64,000 bases of DNA from an uncultured Acidobacteriota bacterium (GTDB lineage: Bacteria > Acidobacteriota > Thermoanaerobaculia > UBA5066): contig CAVZYA010000002.1 of assembly GCA_963779415.1 (NCBI GenBank), positions 1,712,050 through 1,776,049 on the forward strand. The letters are read 5' to 3'. Positions 25,877 through 40,014 of this stretch are shown piece by piece. The notes under the pieces are model-generated. The model was given only the letters and a program-made list of their open reading frames with translations, had not been told where the DNA came from and searched no databases. Each line of letters starts with the position of its first letter. The stretch's first letter is position 1. The position numbers and the translations under genes were made by a program.

Positions 25877-27619
25877 ATGCCGCCCGAGAGCTCGTCAGAC
25901 CATGCCCGTCGAGGCGCCGGACTCCTCCGCGAGCACTATGACGCCTACACCCGGGGCTTCGGAGAGATCACCCGGCGGGCGACGGCCCGCTTCTCGGAGG
26001 CCGACTGGACGGGGATGCGGGCCGACGCCCTGGAGAGGCTGGAGCTCTACCGGAAGCTCCTCGATCCGGCGGTCGAGGGCCTGACGGGGCTCCTCGGCGC
26101 GGGCGTCTCCGACAAGTCCGTCTGGAGTGCGATGAAGGGCGCGTTCGCGAAGCTGGTTCGGGATCGGGTCGACATCGAGCTCGCGGAGACCTTCTTCAAC
26201 TCCGCCTCGCGCCGGATCTTCCACACCGTAGGTGTCGATCCCCGCGTCGAGTTCGTCGCTTCGGAGGTTCCCTCGCTCTCCCTCGAGGACGCGCGCCTCC
26301 TGGCGGATACGTTTTCAGGGGCCGGGGGGACGACGACGGCACTCTGGCGGATCCTCGCCGCCCATCCCTTCGCCGCCGGGTGGGAGGACCCCTCGCGGGA
26401 CGCGCGCCTCGCCGCCGAGAAGCTCAACGCCCATCTCGAACGGGCCTGGGGCGCGCCCGGCTTCGAGACCGCCGAGGTGCTCCGCCCCGTCTTCTTCCGG
26501 AACAAGGGGGCCTACATCGTGGGCCGGATCCGGCGCGGGGAGCGCTCGCTCCCCCTCCTCCTCGCGCTCGCGAACCGCAGCGGGCGGGTCGTGGTCGATG
26601 CGGTCCTCTCCGACGAGGACGAGGCGTCGATCGTCTTCAGCTTCACCCGGTCGTACTTCCACGTCGACGTGGAGAACGCCGCCGCCCTCGCCGCGTTCCT
26701 GAAGACGGTCATGCCGAAAAAGCCGGTCTCCGAGCTCTATACGGCCCTCGGCTTCAACAAGCACGGGAAGACCGAGCTCTTCCGCGACCTCCTCCGCCAC
26801 ATGGCGGCGTCGGACGACGCGTTCGTCCTCGCGCCGGGAGAGCGGGGGATGGTGATGATCGTCTTCACGCTCCCGTCGTACGACGTCGTCTTCAAGGTCA
26901 TCCGGGACGTCTTCGCCTACCCGAAGACGACGGACCGGAAGGAGGTCCTCGGGAAGTACCGGATGGTCTTCGAGCACGGGCGCGCCGGGCGCCTCGTGGA
27001 CGTGCAGGAGTTCGAGCATCTCGAGTTTCCGGTCTCCCGCCTTTCGCCGCCCCTCCTCGAGACGCTTCTCACCCGGGCCCCGTCCGCGGTGGAGCTCGCC
27101 GGCGACAACGTCGTCATCCACCACCTCTTTACCGAACGCCGGCTGACGCCCCTGGACCTCTACCTGAAGGAGGCGCCTCCGGAGGCGATCCGGCGCGCGA
27201 TCGTCGACTACGGCGAGGCGATCCGCGACATGGCGAAGACGAACATCTTTCCGGGCGACCTGCTCCTGAAGAACTTCGGGCTGACCCGTCACGGGCGCGT
27301 CGTCTTCTACGACTACGACGAGATCGCCTTCGTGAGCGACCTCAATTTCCGGGAGCTGCCCGACTCCGGCGACGGAGAGGGGGAGGGGGGCGAGGAGCCG
27401 TCGTTCTACGTCGGCGAGAACGACGTCTTTCCGGAGGAGCTCTTCACCTTCATGGGACTTCGCGGGGCGGCCCGCGAGGCGTTTCTGGAGACCCACGAGG
27501 ACCTCCTCGGGGTCGGCTTCTGGCTGGAGATGCAGAGGCGGATTCGGACGGGGGACCTCCTCGACGTCTTCCCGTACCCGGAGGGTTGCCGCCTCCCGCA
27601 CCCGGCCGGGGACGACTGA
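25877..27619 (+). CDS. aceK: Isocitrate dehydrogenase kinase/phosphatase
   Basis: [68 protein letters not shown]. Confidence 0.95.
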   Translation: MPPESSSDHARRGAGLLREHYDAYTRGFGEITRRATARFSEADWTGMRADALERLELYRKLLDPAVEGLTGLLGAGVSDKSVWSAMKGAFAKLVRDRVDIELAETFFNSASRRIFHTVGVDPRVEFVASEVPSLSLEDARLLADTFSGAGGTTTALWRILAAHPFAAGWEDPSRDARLAAEKLNAHLERAWGAPGFETAEVLRPVFFRNKGAYIVGRIRRGERSLPLLLALANRSGRVVVDAVLSDEDEASIVFSFTRSYFHVDVENAAALAAFLKTVMPKKPVSELYTALGFNKHGKTELFRDLLRHMAASDDAFVLAPGERGMVMIVFTLPSYDVVFKVIRDVFAYPKTTDRKEVLGKYRMVFEHGRAGRLVDVQEFEHLEFPVSRLSPPLLETLLTRAPSAVELAGDNVVIHHLFTERRLTPLDLYLKEAPPEAIRRAIVDYGEAIRDMAKTNIFPGDLLLKNFGLTRHGRVVFYDYDEIAFVSDLNFRELPDSGDGEGEGGEEPSFYVGENDVFPEELFTFMGLRGAAREAFLETHEDLLGVGFWLEMQRRIRTGDLLDVFPYPEGCRLPHPAGDD

Positions 27620-27684
27620 TTCAAACGCCTCGTTGTGCAACGGGACGGACGCCCCTAAGATCCGCCGCCCGAGGAGGTTCACAC

Positions 27685-28986
<1,302 letters not shown>

Positions 28987-29016
28987 TCCTTCCCCCGAAA
29001 GAAGAGGGTTTTCCGT

Positions 29017-29045
29017 TGCGGCCGGGTGGTATCCACCCGGCCGCA
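29017..29045. terminator. Perfect 13-bp hairpin after icd (terminator or stabilising element)
   Basis: TGCGGCCGGGTGG-tat-CCACCCGGCCGCA; no long U-tract. Confidence 0.55.
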
Positions 29046-29096
29046 GTCGTATTCTGGGGTCCTCCCGTCGTGAGAAGGAGGAACGTCACCGTGACG

Positions 29097-29717
29097 ATGC
29101 GTACCTTTCGCCCCCTCGTGATCGCCGCACTTACCCTCGCCCTCTTCGCCGCCTGCGCGCGGAAGGAGAAGGCGACCGAAGGGAAGGAGCTTTCGAAGAA
29201 CCCTCTCACCGCGATCAACCAGATCAGCGAGGCGGCGAAGAAAGCCGCGGACGCCGCGAAGGAAGCGTCCGAGATGAAGCCGGTCGACCCGGTCAGCTTC
29301 AACGCGCTGCTGCCGCTCCTGCCTGCCGCGCCGGCGGGCTTCACGGCGGAGGAGCCGCGGGGCGAGACGACGGCCGCGATGGGCTTCAAGATCTCCGAGG
29401 CGGAGCGACGCTACACGAAGGGGGACGAGAGCCTCCACGTGAAGATCGTGGACGGCGCCTACAACTCCTTCATCTACGCCGGCGTCATGATGGCCGCGCA
29501 GTTCTCGCACGAGTCGACCGAAGGGTACGAGAAAGGGGTCACGATCGACGGCAACCCCGGCGTCGAAAAGTGGTCGAAATCGGGCAAGCGGGGCGAGCTG
29601 ACGGTCGTCGTCGGAAAACGTTTCCTCGTCACGATCGACGCCTCGCCGGTCGAATCGGGGTACGTCCGCTCGATCTACGGGACTCTCGACATCGCAAAGC
29701 TCGCGGCCCTGAAGTAG
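29097..29717 (+). CDS. Hypothetical lipoprotein
   Basis: MRTFRPLVIAALTLALFAAC lipobox; strong GC3 codon bias. Confidence 0.75.
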   Translation: MRTFRPLVIAALTLALFAACARKEKATEGKELSKNPLTAINQISEAAKKAADAAKEASEMKPVDPVSFNALLPLLPAAPAGFTAEEPRGETTAAMGFKISEAERRYTKGDESLHVKIVDGAYNSFIYAGVMMAAQFSHESTEGYEKGVTIDGNPGVEKWSKSGKRGELTVVVGKRFLVTIDASPVESGYVRSIYGTLDIAKLAALK

Positions 29718-29727
29718 CGCGAGGTCC

Positions 29728-30141
29728 GTGCCCGTCCACCACGCGACGCTGACGCTCGCGACCTCGAATCCGCACGAGGTCCGGGACGTCACGTCGCAGG
29801 TCGAGGCCGCCGTGCGCGAGAGCGGGGCACGGGACGGCCTCTGTGTCGTCTTCACGCCCCACGCGACGGCGGCCGTGACGATCAACGAGAACGACGACCC
29901 GAACGTCGGGGTCGATCTTCTCGACGCCCTCGCGCGGCTCGTGAAGGAGCACGACGGCTGGCGACACGACCGGGTGGACGACAACGCGGCGGCCCACATC
30001 AAGGCGGCGATCGTCGGCCCCTCGGAGACGATTCCGGTCCGCGAGGGGCGCCTCGCCCTCGGGACGTGGCAGAACGTCTTCTTCTGCGAGTTCGACGGGC
30101 CTCGCGCGTCGAGGCGGGTCCACGTGACGGTGCTCTGGTAG
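29728..30141 (+). CDS. yjbQ: YjbQ / UPF0047 family protein
   Basis: PHATAAVTINEN.DP, NAAAHIKA, LGTWQNVFFCEFDGPR. Confidence 0.9.
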   Translation: MPVHHATLTLATSNPHEVRDVTSQVEAAVRESGARDGLCVVFTPHATAAVTINENDDPNVGVDLLDALARLVKEHDGWRHDRVDDNAAAHIKAAIVGPSETIPVREGRLALGTWQNVFFCEFDGPRASRRVHVTVLW

Positions 30142-30146
30142 GACGG

Positions 30147-31925
30147 ATGCCGGCGTTCGAGCGGTTTCGGACGAGTCTGCGAGGCCAGCTCCTCGCGGCC
30201 GTCCTCGTGGCGCTCGGCCCGGCGCTCGTCTTCGTCCTCTGGGGCGCGAACCGGGAGCGGGGTCGCGCTCTCGCGGTCTCCGAGGCGGAAGGGGGCCGCC
30301 TGCTGTCGTTCCTCGCTCGCGGCCTGGAAGCAAGCCTCGACGTGACGAGAGAGCTGCTCGAAGGGACCGCCGACCTGCTCGAGGAGAGGGGCGGCCTGCC
30401 GGACCCGGCTCGCTGCGGGCCTCTCCTCGCGCGCCTTCGCCGGGTGGAGAGCCGGTACGCCAGCGTCCTCGTCGCGCTGCCGGATGGAAGAATCCTCTGC
30501 AGCTCGCCCGAAGGGGCGGAGGAGATCCGCCTCGCGGACCGGCCCTATTTCCGGAGAGCCCTCGAGACAAAGGCGTTCGCGATGGGCGAGTTCCAGATCG
30601 GGAAGCTCTCCGGAAGGCCGGCCGTGGCGTTCGCGCAACCGGTCCGCGGCCCTTCGGGAGAGCCGGTCTCGGTGGCCGTGGCCTCGATCGACCTCGGCTG
30701 GCTCGACGAGGCGCTCCGCAAAGTCTCCCCGCCGCCGGGGGCCCGCTTCCTCCTTCTGGACCGGGGAGGAACGATCCTCGCGGGATATCCGCGAGAGGGC
30801 GCGGACGCGGGGACCCCGTTCGCGCTCGCGTCGCATCTCGGCGAGCTCGCGGGTGCCGGGCGCGCCCTGCGGGGACCGTCGGAGCCGGGCGGGAAGGCGC
30901 TCTTCTGGCAGGCCGAACGTCTCGTCCGCGAGGGGGGGACGGTCGGGTTCGTCGCCCTCGGGATTCCGGAGGAGATCCTCTTCGGCCCGGCGAACCGCGC
31001 CCTCGTCCGGCAGCTCGCCTCGCTCGCCGTCGTCGCCGTCGTGGCCCTCGCGGCCGTCTGGTTCTTCGCGCAGGCGCTCCTCGTCTCCCGGCTCGAGGCG
31101 CTCGCGGTCGCGGTCCGGAGGCTCGGAGAGGGCGACCTCTCGGCCCGGAGCGCGCTCCCACGCGGAGGAGGCGAGATCGGCGCCCTCTCCGGGGCGTTCG
31201 ACGAGATGGCGGGTCGGCTCTCGGTTCGCGCCGCCGAGCGCGACCGCGCGGAAGGAGAGCTGCGAAGGACGACCGAGGCGCTGCGCTCTCTCTCGGAGCG
31301 GCTCGACCGGGTCCGCGAAGAGGAAGGGACGCGGATCGCCCGCGAGCTTCACGACGAGGTTGGGCAGGCGCTCACCGGACTGAAGCTCGATCTCGCCGCG
31401 CTCCAGCGCTCCTTCCCCGAGCCGGTGCGCGCGGCGGCCGCGGAGCGGATCGCCGGAATGGCGGCCCTTGCGGACGCGACGATCGAAAGGGTCCGGAGCA
31501 TCTCGGCGGAGGTTCGGCCGCAGCTCCTCGACCAGTTGGGGCTCGTCCCCGCGGCAGAGGCGTACCTCGAACGGTTCACCGGGCGGTCGGGCGTCCGGAC
31601 GCATCTCGAGGCGTCGCTGGACGAATCCGCGCTCGACCGGCGCCGCGCCACGGCGCTCTTCAGGATCCTTCAGGAGGCCCTGACGAACGTGGCCCGGCAC
31701 GCGGAAGCCCGGTCCGTGACGGTCCGGATCGCTCCGGACGGAGGGGATGTCGTCCTCACGGTGCAGGACGACGGGATAGGCCTCTCCGAGCCTCCGGGGC
31801 TCACGCTCGGATTCCTCGGGATGCAGGAGCGCGCCCGCGCGGCGGGAGGCGGCGTCCGCGTGGAGGGGGCGCCTGGGCGCGGGACGACCGTCACGGCGCG
31901 CCTTCCGATGGCGGGGCCGGGATGA
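30147..31925 (+). CDS. Sensor histidine kinase (Cache, HAMP, HisKA_3, HATPase)
   Basis: Two TMs, ADRPYF Cache motif, HAMP EIGALSGAFDEM, RIARELHDEVGQ, QEALTNVARHA, DDGIG. Confidence 0.92.
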   Translation: MPAFERFRTSLRGQLLAAVLVALGPALVFVLWGANRERGRALAVSEAEGGRLLSFLARGLEASLDVTRELLEGTADLLEERGGLPDPARCGPLLARLRRVESRYASVLVALPDGRILCSSPEGAEEIRLADRPYFRRALETKAFAMGEFQIGKLSGRPAVAFAQPVRGPSGEPVSVAVASIDLGWLDEALRKVSPPPGARFLLLDRGGTILAGYPREGADAGTPFALASHLGELAGAGRALRGPSEPGGKALFWQAERLVREGGTVGFVALGIPEEILFGPANRALVRQLASLAVVAVVALAAVWFFAQALLVSRLEALAVAVRRLGEGDLSARSALPRGGGEIGALSGAFDEMAGRLSVRAAERDRAEGELRRTTEALRSLSERLDRVREEEGTRIARELHDEVGQALTGLKLDLAALQRSFPEPVRAAAAERIAGMAALADATIERVRSISAEVRPQLLDQLGLVPAAEAYLERFTGRSGVRTHLEASLDESALDRRRATALFRILQEALTNVARHAEARSVTVRIAPDGGDVVLTVQDDGIGLSEPPGLTLGFLGMQERARAAGGGVRVEGAPGRGTTVTARLPMAGPG

Positions 31926-32554
31926 GCGGGCGCTTTCTCGTCGTGGACGATCACGCCGTCGTCCGGCGCGGCCTCGCGGAGATCCTCCGCGAGGCGTTCG
32001 CCGGGGCGACGTGCGTCGAGGCGGGGGGGGCGCGCGAAGCGCTGGAGGCGTTCGGCGCCGAGACGTGGGATGCCGTGCTCCTCGACGTCGGCCTGCCGGA
32101 CGGGAGCGGCCTCGACCTCGTGAAGGAGTTCAAGACGCGCGCGCCCAGAACTCCGATCCTCGTCCTTTCGGTCCACGCGGAGGCCCCGTTCGCGGTCCGC
32201 GCGCTGAAGGCCGGCGCCTCCGCCTACCTGAGCAAGGAAAGCGCCGCCGAGGAGCTGGTCGCCGCCGTCCGGAAGGCGCGCGCCGGGGGACGTTACGTCT
32301 CGTCGGTCCTCGCCGAGCGCCTCGCGGACTCGGTGGCATCAGGCGGCGGCGAGCCGCACGAGAGGCTCTCCGACCGGGAGTTCGAGGTCCTCCGCCTGAT
32401 CGCCTCCGGAAAGACGGTCGGCGAGATCGCCGCGCAGCTTCATCTTTCGGTGAAGACGGTGAGCACCTACCGGACGCGGATCCTCGAGAAGACCGGGATG
32501 AAGACGAACGCCGAGCTGACGCACTACGCCATCTCGCGCGGCCTCGTCTCGTAA
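31922..32554 (+). CDS. NarL/UvrY-family response regulator
   Basis: VDDHAVVRRG, LLDVGLPD, LuxR HTH LSDREFEV...LSVKTVSTYR. Confidence 0.93.
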   Translation: MSGRFLVVDDHAVVRRGLAEILREAFAGATCVEAGGAREALEAFGAETWDAVLLDVGLPDGSGLDLVKEFKTRAPRTPILVLSVHAEAPFAVRALKAGASAYLSKESAAEELVAAVRKARAGGRYVSSVLAERLADSVASGGGEPHERLSDREFEVLRLIASGKTVGEIAAQLHLSVKTVSTYRTRILEKTGMKTNAELTHYAISRGLVS

Positions 32555-32564
32555 CGGCACCCGG

Positions 32565-32581
32565 GTCGGACGGACACCGAC
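32565..32581. promoter_or_regulatory. Palindrome GTCGG-N7-CCGAC, candidate NarL-family operator
   Basis: Inverted repeat 10 nt after the regulator stop and upstream of the stand-alone receiver gene. Confidence 0.4.
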
Positions 32582-32755
32582 AAGAGAATCCGCCCTTCTT
32601 TCCCCCGAATCGCCGGTCGCGCCGATGGCCGCGTACCCGGCCGCGCCCTATCTTGATCGTGCGATGACGGAATCCCGCGAGCCCGCCACGGCATCTCCCA
32701 CGCTCTCCTACCGAGGGACTCAGAGCCCGACGTTCCTTCTTCTTCACGAGGGAAG

Positions 32756-33172
32756 ATGAGCCCGTTAAACCGTCTTCGTGTCCTCATCGTGGACGACTCC
32801 GCCGTGGCGGGCTCGCGACTTCTCCGGCTCCTCGGAGGCGATCCTGCGATCGATCTCCTCCCCCAGGCCTGGAACGTCAGCGACGCCCGGCGTGCCTTCC
32901 TGGACGGGGCCCCCGATCTTGTCGTGACCGATCTCGCCCTGCCGGACGGTTCCGGCCTCGAGGTCGTCCGCTACGTCAAGAAGGTCTGGCCGAAGACGTT
33001 CGTGGTGATCCTGACGAACGAGAACCTTGGCCCGTTCCGCCGGCGCTGCCTCGACGCCGGCGCCGATTTCTGTCTCGACAAGTCGACCGAATTCGAGGCC
33101 CTCGACGGGATCGTGGAAGACCTTCTCAGAAACGCCCGGGACGCGCGACCCCCCGAAACGCGTTCGTTCTGA
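32756..33172 (+). CDS. Single-domain response regulator (receiver only)
   Basis: VLIVDDS, VTDLALPDGSG, ILTN, GADFCLDKS. Confidence 0.85.
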   Translation: MSPLNRLRVLIVDDSAVAGSRLLRLLGGDPAIDLLPQAWNVSDARRAFLDGAPDLVVTDLALPDGSGLEVVRYVKKVWPKTFVVILTNENLGPFRRRCLDAGADFCLDKSTEFEALDGIVEDLLRNARDARPPETRSF

Positions 33173-33182
33173 GCGCCGCGGA

Positions 33183-33620
33183 TCAGCGGGATCTCTTCGA
33201 GACCATCCCCGCCTTCCTGAGAAGCGGCGCCGCCGCCTTCGCGTCGGCCTCGCTCCCGAAGCCGAAGATCGCGGAGTACTTCCTTCCGACGACCATCGCC
33301 ACCAGGAACGACAGGCTGATTCCGGCGTCGGCGACGGCCTTTGCGAAGGCATGGCCGAGGCCGGGCCGGTCGTCGCCCTCCACGAGGAGCGCGGGGATGG
33401 TCGCCGCGGCGAGGCCCGCTCCCTGCGCGGCGGCTACGATCTTCCTTCCGGCGACGGGCCAGACCTCGACCGCGGCCTTGCCGTCGTGGATCCGGTAGCC
33501 CATCACGAGCTTCAGGTCGGCGCCCGATCGGGCGAAGGGCTCGAGGGTTGCGGCGCCGACGCCCGGCGCATCCGGCGCTTCGCGCCTCCAGAGGAGGATC
33601 TTTCGGACGGTGAGGGCCAT
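33183..33620 (-). CDS. Tandem ACT-domain-like protein
   Basis: Two ACT-like units: PDAPGVGAATLEPFARSGADL and GDDRPGLGHAFAKAVADAGISL. Confidence 0.7.
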   Translation of the reverse strand: MALTVRKILLWRREAPDAPGVGAATLEPFARSGADLKLVMGYRIHDGKAAVEVWPVAGRKIVAAAQGAGLAAATIPALLVEGDDRPGLGHAFAKAVADAGISLSFLVAMVVGRKYSAIFGFGSEADAKAAAPLLRKAGMVSKRSR

Positions 33621-33623
33621 GAT

Positions 33624-34098
33624 TCAGACGCTCCTTTCCGTGAAGGAGGCGAAAAGCGGCTTGACGAGCTCGACGAACTCGTCGAAGGCCATCTTCACCG
33701 TCTCCGTGTGGCTTCCGGCGTTGAAGACGATCTCGCGATCCTTCTTCAGCGACTCGTCCACGATGACCGGAATCCGGTAGAGGTTCCCGAAGGGGGGCAT
33801 GGCGCCCACCTCGCATTCTGGGAAGACCCCCTCGAACTCGGCCTCCGTGGCGAGACGGATCTTCCTCGACGCCGAGCGCGTTCCTGAGAAGGGCCAGCTC
33901 GATCCGGCGGGTCGCGGGGATGACCGCCATGTAGAGATTCCGGTCCCCCTTGACGATGACCGTCTTCGCCACCTCCTGGCCGGGGACGTGGACCGAGGCG
34001 GCGATCTCCTGGGCGGTGTAGGCACGGGCGTGAGGGATCGTGACGAAGGGGGCGTGCTGTTCTTCGAGGAAGTGAACGAGCCTTTCGGAGACGGGCAT
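33624..34098 (-). CDS. YbaK/ProX aminoacyl-tRNA deacylase family protein (frameshift near 33865)
   Basis: HARAYTAQEIA...VAKTVIVK in one frame; RLATEAEF...CEVGAMPPFGNLY...FNAGSH in the other. Confidence 0.85.
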
Positions 34099-34230
34099 GA
34101 CAACCTCCCGGCAGGGGCGTCCGTCCGGAGGCGACTCGACCGGGTGGCTGTCGTCTCACGAAGGCCGCCGGCCGGCGGCCGTCCCAGTGGAAAACCTAGG
34201 CGCGGCGCCGTCCGAAATCAAGGGGGAGCC

Positions 34231-35382
34231 TCACGTCGAACCCTCGTCCCCCACGTCCGCAACCAGGACGTCGATTCCTCCGGCGTCCTCAAGGACCCTC
34301 GGCACGACCCCGGGCGCGAGGCGCCCGAGCAGTCCGCGGCGGTGGGGGCGCCCCAGAACGAGGACCTTCACCCCCTCGGAGCGGATGAAGGTGAGAATCG
34401 CGCCCGCCACGTCCTCCGACTCGCGGTAGACAACGGTCGCGCCGAGCGCCATCGCGAGGTTGATGTTCTCGACGAGGGCCCGGTGCTGCGCGGCCGAGAG
34501 GTTCTCGGGCCGGTCGCGCCTCCTCCGGACATAGAAAGCGTACCAGCGGGTGTTCATTCGGCCCGCGAGCCGTGAGCCGCGGAGAATCAGGGCCTTCGCG
34601 ATCGGTGGGTCGAGGGGGAGGGCGACTGCCACCCGGATGTCGGACGGCAGCGGAAACGCTCCGGAGGTCTCGGTCCTTTCGTGGTCCACCTTCTCGGCCG
34701 TCTCCCGGAGGGCCAGCTCGCGCAGCGAGCGGAGGTTCTCCTCGCGGAAGAAGTTCTCGAGGGCTGTCGCCGCCTGGGCGGGAGGGTAGATCTTTCCCTG
34801 CTTCAGCCGGTCCCGAAGCTCCGAGACGGGAAGGTCCACGTTGACGACCGAGTCGGCTTCCCGGACGACCCGGTCGGGGACCCGCTCCTTGATCTCGAGC
34901 CCGGTGGCCGACTTCACGACGTCCTGCACCCCTTCGAGGTGCTGGACGTTCACGGTCGTCAGGACGGAGATACCGGCTTCGAGGAGCTGCTCGACGTCCT
35001 GCCACCGCTTCTCGTTCCGGCTCCCCGGGGCGTTCGTGTGCGCCAGCTCGTCGACGATCGCGACCTCGGGCTTCCGCGCGAGGATGACCTCGAGGTCCAT
35101 CTCCATAAGGACGGTTCCCTTGTAATCGACAGTCCGCCGCGGGACGACCTCGAGGTCGCCGATCCGATCGGCCGTCTCCTGCCTGCCGTGGGTCTCGACG
35201 AAGCCGACGACGACGTCGATCCCCCGCGCGCGCATCGCGTGCGCGTCGTCGAGCATCTTGTAGGTCTTCCCGACTCCCGCCGCCTGACCGAGGTAGACCT
35301 TCAACCGTCCCCGCTTCTCCTCGCGCGCGAGGAGGCGGAGAAAGGCCTCGGGGTCCGGGCGCTTCGGTTCTTCGGGCTTCAC
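34231..35382 (-). CDS. kdpD: KdpD N-terminal cytoplasmic part (KdpD + USP domains) as a separate gene
   Basis: RGRLKVYLGQAAGVGKTYKML, ETHGR, VDELAHTN, KRWQDV, NVQHLE, LRELAL, then USP-like domain and stop; no TM or kinase domain. Confidence 0.92.
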   Translation of the reverse strand: MKPEEPKRPDPEAFLRLLAREEKRGRLKVYLGQAAGVGKTYKMLDDAHAMRARGIDVVVGFVETHGRQETADRIGDLEVVPRRTVDYKGTVLMEMDLEVILARKPEVAIVDELAHTNAPGSRNEKRWQDVEQLLEAGISVLTTVNVQHLEGVQDVVKSATGLEIKERVPDRVVREADSVVNVDLPVSELRDRLKQGKIYPPAQAATALENFFREENLRSLRELALRETAEKVDHERTETSGAFPLPSDIRVAVALPLDPPIAKALILRGSRLAGRMNTRWYAFYVRRRRDRPENLSAAQHRALVENINLAMALGATVVYRESEDVAGAILTFIRSEGVKVLVLGRPHRRGLLGRLAPGVVPRVLEDAGGIDVLVADVGDEGST

Positions 35383-35389
35383 CCCCCCA

Positions 35390-36022
35390 TTATCGGGCGG
35401 CGGGGCTTGGCGCCGGCGTGGCAGTCGGCGTCGGCGCGATCTGGGGATGGCCAATCCGGGCGTCGATCTCCAGGTTGAGTGCGAGGACGTTTACCCGGGG
35501 CTCGCCGTAGAGGCCGAGGAAGCGCCCCTGTTCGACCCGGGCGACGAGGGCCTCGAGGTCGCTCGCCGGAATCCCGGTCTCCCGGGCGACGCGGGGGATC
35601 TGGCAGGCGAGCGTACTCCGGCGAGATGTGGGGATCGACGCCCGAGCCGGAAGACGTGACGGCGTCGGCCGGGACGGATCCGGCGACACCCTCGTCGCTT
35701 CTCACGGCCGTCACGGCGTCCTTGACGGAGTCGGCGAGCTTCTTCGAGGTGGGGCCGAGATTCGTCCCTCCGGAAGCGGTAGCGTCGTATCCGTGATCGC
35801 CGGCTGCGGACGGACGGCCGTGAAAGAGCTTCGGAGAGGTGAAGGCCTGTCCGATCAGCGAAGAACCGACGGTCCTCTCCCCCCTTCTCGAGAAAGCTCC
35901 CGTCGGCTTGCTCTCGAAAAGCGATCTGGCCCAACGCCCCAGACGACCGCGGGATAGCCGAGCCCGAGGAGAACTGTCAGGGCGAGGAAGAGGCGGAGAG
36001 AAGGGAGGAAGTGCTCTTTCAT
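35390..36022 (-). CDS. kdpC: K+-transporting ATPase subunit C (frameshifted)
   Basis: MKEHFLPSLRLFLALTVLLGLGYP, SGGTNLGPTS, VPADAVTSSGSGVDPHISP, GEPRVNVLALNL across frames. Confidence 0.9.
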
Positions 36023-36030
36023 GGAATGCC

Positions 36031-38089
<2,059 letters not shown>

Positions 38090-38102
38090 GACGGTCCGTT
38101 CC

Positions 38103-39811
38103 TCAGAAGAGCTTTCCGGCGCCCATCAGGAGGTGCTCGACGATCGGTCCGAGCGAGAGCGCAGGGAAGAACGTGAGCGCGCCGACGATCAGGATGACGC
38201 CGATGAGGAGCAGGACGAAGAGCGGACCGTCGACCGGGAAAGTGCCGATCGACTCGGCCACCTTCTTCTTCGCTGCGAGCGAGCCGGCGATCCCGAGGAT
38301 CGGGATGATCATCAGGAAGCGCCCGAAGAACATCGCGATGCCGAGCGCCACGTTGTAGAAGTCGGAGTTGGCGTTGAGTCCGGCGAACGCGCTGCCGTTG
38401 TTCCCCGTGGCGCTCGTGAAGGCGTAGAGGATCTCGGAGAGCCCGTGCGGCCCCGCGTTGTTCAGGCCGGCGAGGCCCGCCTTCGACGCGATCCCGATGG
38501 CGGTTCCGACGAGGATGCGAGAAGGTCAGGATGAGCACCGAGAGCATCGCGAGCTTCACTTCCTTCGCCTCGATCTTCTTGCCGAGGTACTCGGGCGTCC
38601 GCCCGACCATGAGGCCGGCGATGAAGACCGAGAGGACGACGAAGAGAAGCATCCCGTAGAGGCCGGCGCCGACGCCGCCGAAGATGATCTCGCCGAGCTG
38701 GATGTTCAGGAGCGGGACGAGGCCTCCCAGCGGCGTGAAGGAGTCGTGCATCGAGTTGACGGCGCCGCAGGAGGCGTCGGTGGTGATCGTGGCGAACAGG
38801 GCGGAGTCGACAGGCCCGAACCGGACTTCCTTGCCCTCCATGTTTCCCATCGCGTGCGACACGCCGAGACCGTGATGGATCGGGATTCCCGCGGACCTCG
38901 AAGTACCCGGCGATCAGCGCTCCGGCCAGAAAGAGGCTCGCCATCGACCAGAAGACCGCCCAGCCGTGCCGCGTCTTCCCCGTCATGGCGCCGAGCGTGT
39001 AGGTCAGCCCGCCGCCGATCGAGAAGATCAGGAACATCTCGACGAGGTTGCTGAAGGGCGTGGGGTTCTCGTACGGATGGGCGGAGTTCGCGTTGAAGAA
39101 GCCGCCGCCGTTCGTCCCCAGCTCCTTGATGGCCTCCTGCGAGGCGATGGGGCCCTGCGGGATCTTCTGCGTCGCGCCCTCGAGCGTCGTGACGGCCACG
39201 GAAGGCTTGAAGTTCTGGATGACGCCCTGCGACATCAGGACCACGGCGGCGAGGAGACTGATCGGCAGCAGCACCCAGAGGATGGAGCGGACGAGGTCGA
39301 ACCAGAAGTTGCCGATCCCCTTCGACTCGGTCCGGGCCACCCCCCTCACGAACGCGATCGCGATGGCGATGCCGGTGGCTGCCGAGGCGAAGTTGTGCAC
39401 GGCGAGCCCGGCCATCTGGGTGAAGAGAGACATCGTGGACTCGCCCGAGTACGCCTGCCAGTTCGTGTTCGTCGTGAACGAGACTGCGGTGTTCCAGGCG
39501 AGGGCCGGCGGGACGGCCGGCATCTTGTCGGGGTTGAGCGGCAGGAGGTGCTGCAACCGCTCCATCGCGTAAAGGACGACGAGGCTGACGACGTTGAAGA
39601 CCATCATCGCGCCCGTGTACGCGACGAATCCCTGCTCGCGAGAGGCGTCGATGCCACCCACTCGATGGAGCAGACGTTCGAGCGGCAGGAGGACGGGATC
39701 GAGGAAGGTCTTCTCCTTCGAGAACACCTTCGTCATGTAGACGCCGAGCGGCTTGACGACCGCGAGGACGAGGAGGAAGTAGATCCCGGTTTTCAGACAG
39801 ACATCGAGCAT
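38103..39811 (-). CDS. kdpA: K+-transporting ATPase subunit A (frameshifted)
   Basis: [58 protein letters not shown]. Confidence 0.95.
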
Positions 39812-39819
39812 CGGCGTCC

Positions 39820-39909
39820 TCACAGCTTCTCGGGCTTCAGCAGGGCGTAGAGCAGATAGGCGAGGGCGAGGACGGAGAGCGCGAGGCCGAGCACGGTCTC
39901 GAAGGTCAT
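39820..39909 (-). CDS. kdpF: KdpF peptide (29 aa)
   Basis: Manual translation MTFETVLGLALSVLALAYLLYALLKPEKL, matching the KdpF YLxYALLxPExF pattern; directly upstream of kdpA. Confidence 0.88.
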   Translation of the reverse strand: MTFETVLGLALSVLALAYLLYALLKPEKL

Positions 39910-39919
39910 AAGGGGGCCC

Positions 39920-40003
39920 CTAGAGCCCCTCGCAGCGCTTCACGTACCAGAGCGAGGCGGCGAGGAGAGCGGCGGACGCAAGCAGAAAGAGGGCATCGAG
40001 CAT
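39920..40003 (-). CDS. Second small hydrophobic peptide upstream of kdpF (27 aa)
   Basis: MLDALFLLASAALLAASLWYVKRCEGL; AAGGA RBS; fills the porin-kdpF gap. Confidence 0.65.
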   Translation of the reverse strand: MLDALFLLASAALLAASLWYVKRCEGL

Positions 40004-40014
40004 GGGATTCCTTT

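Noticed and set aside
35382-35394. GATAAT 6 nt before the KdpD-N start as an internal leaderless promoter
   Set aside because: The hexamer includes the kdpC TAA stop codon, so the resemblance may be coincidental.
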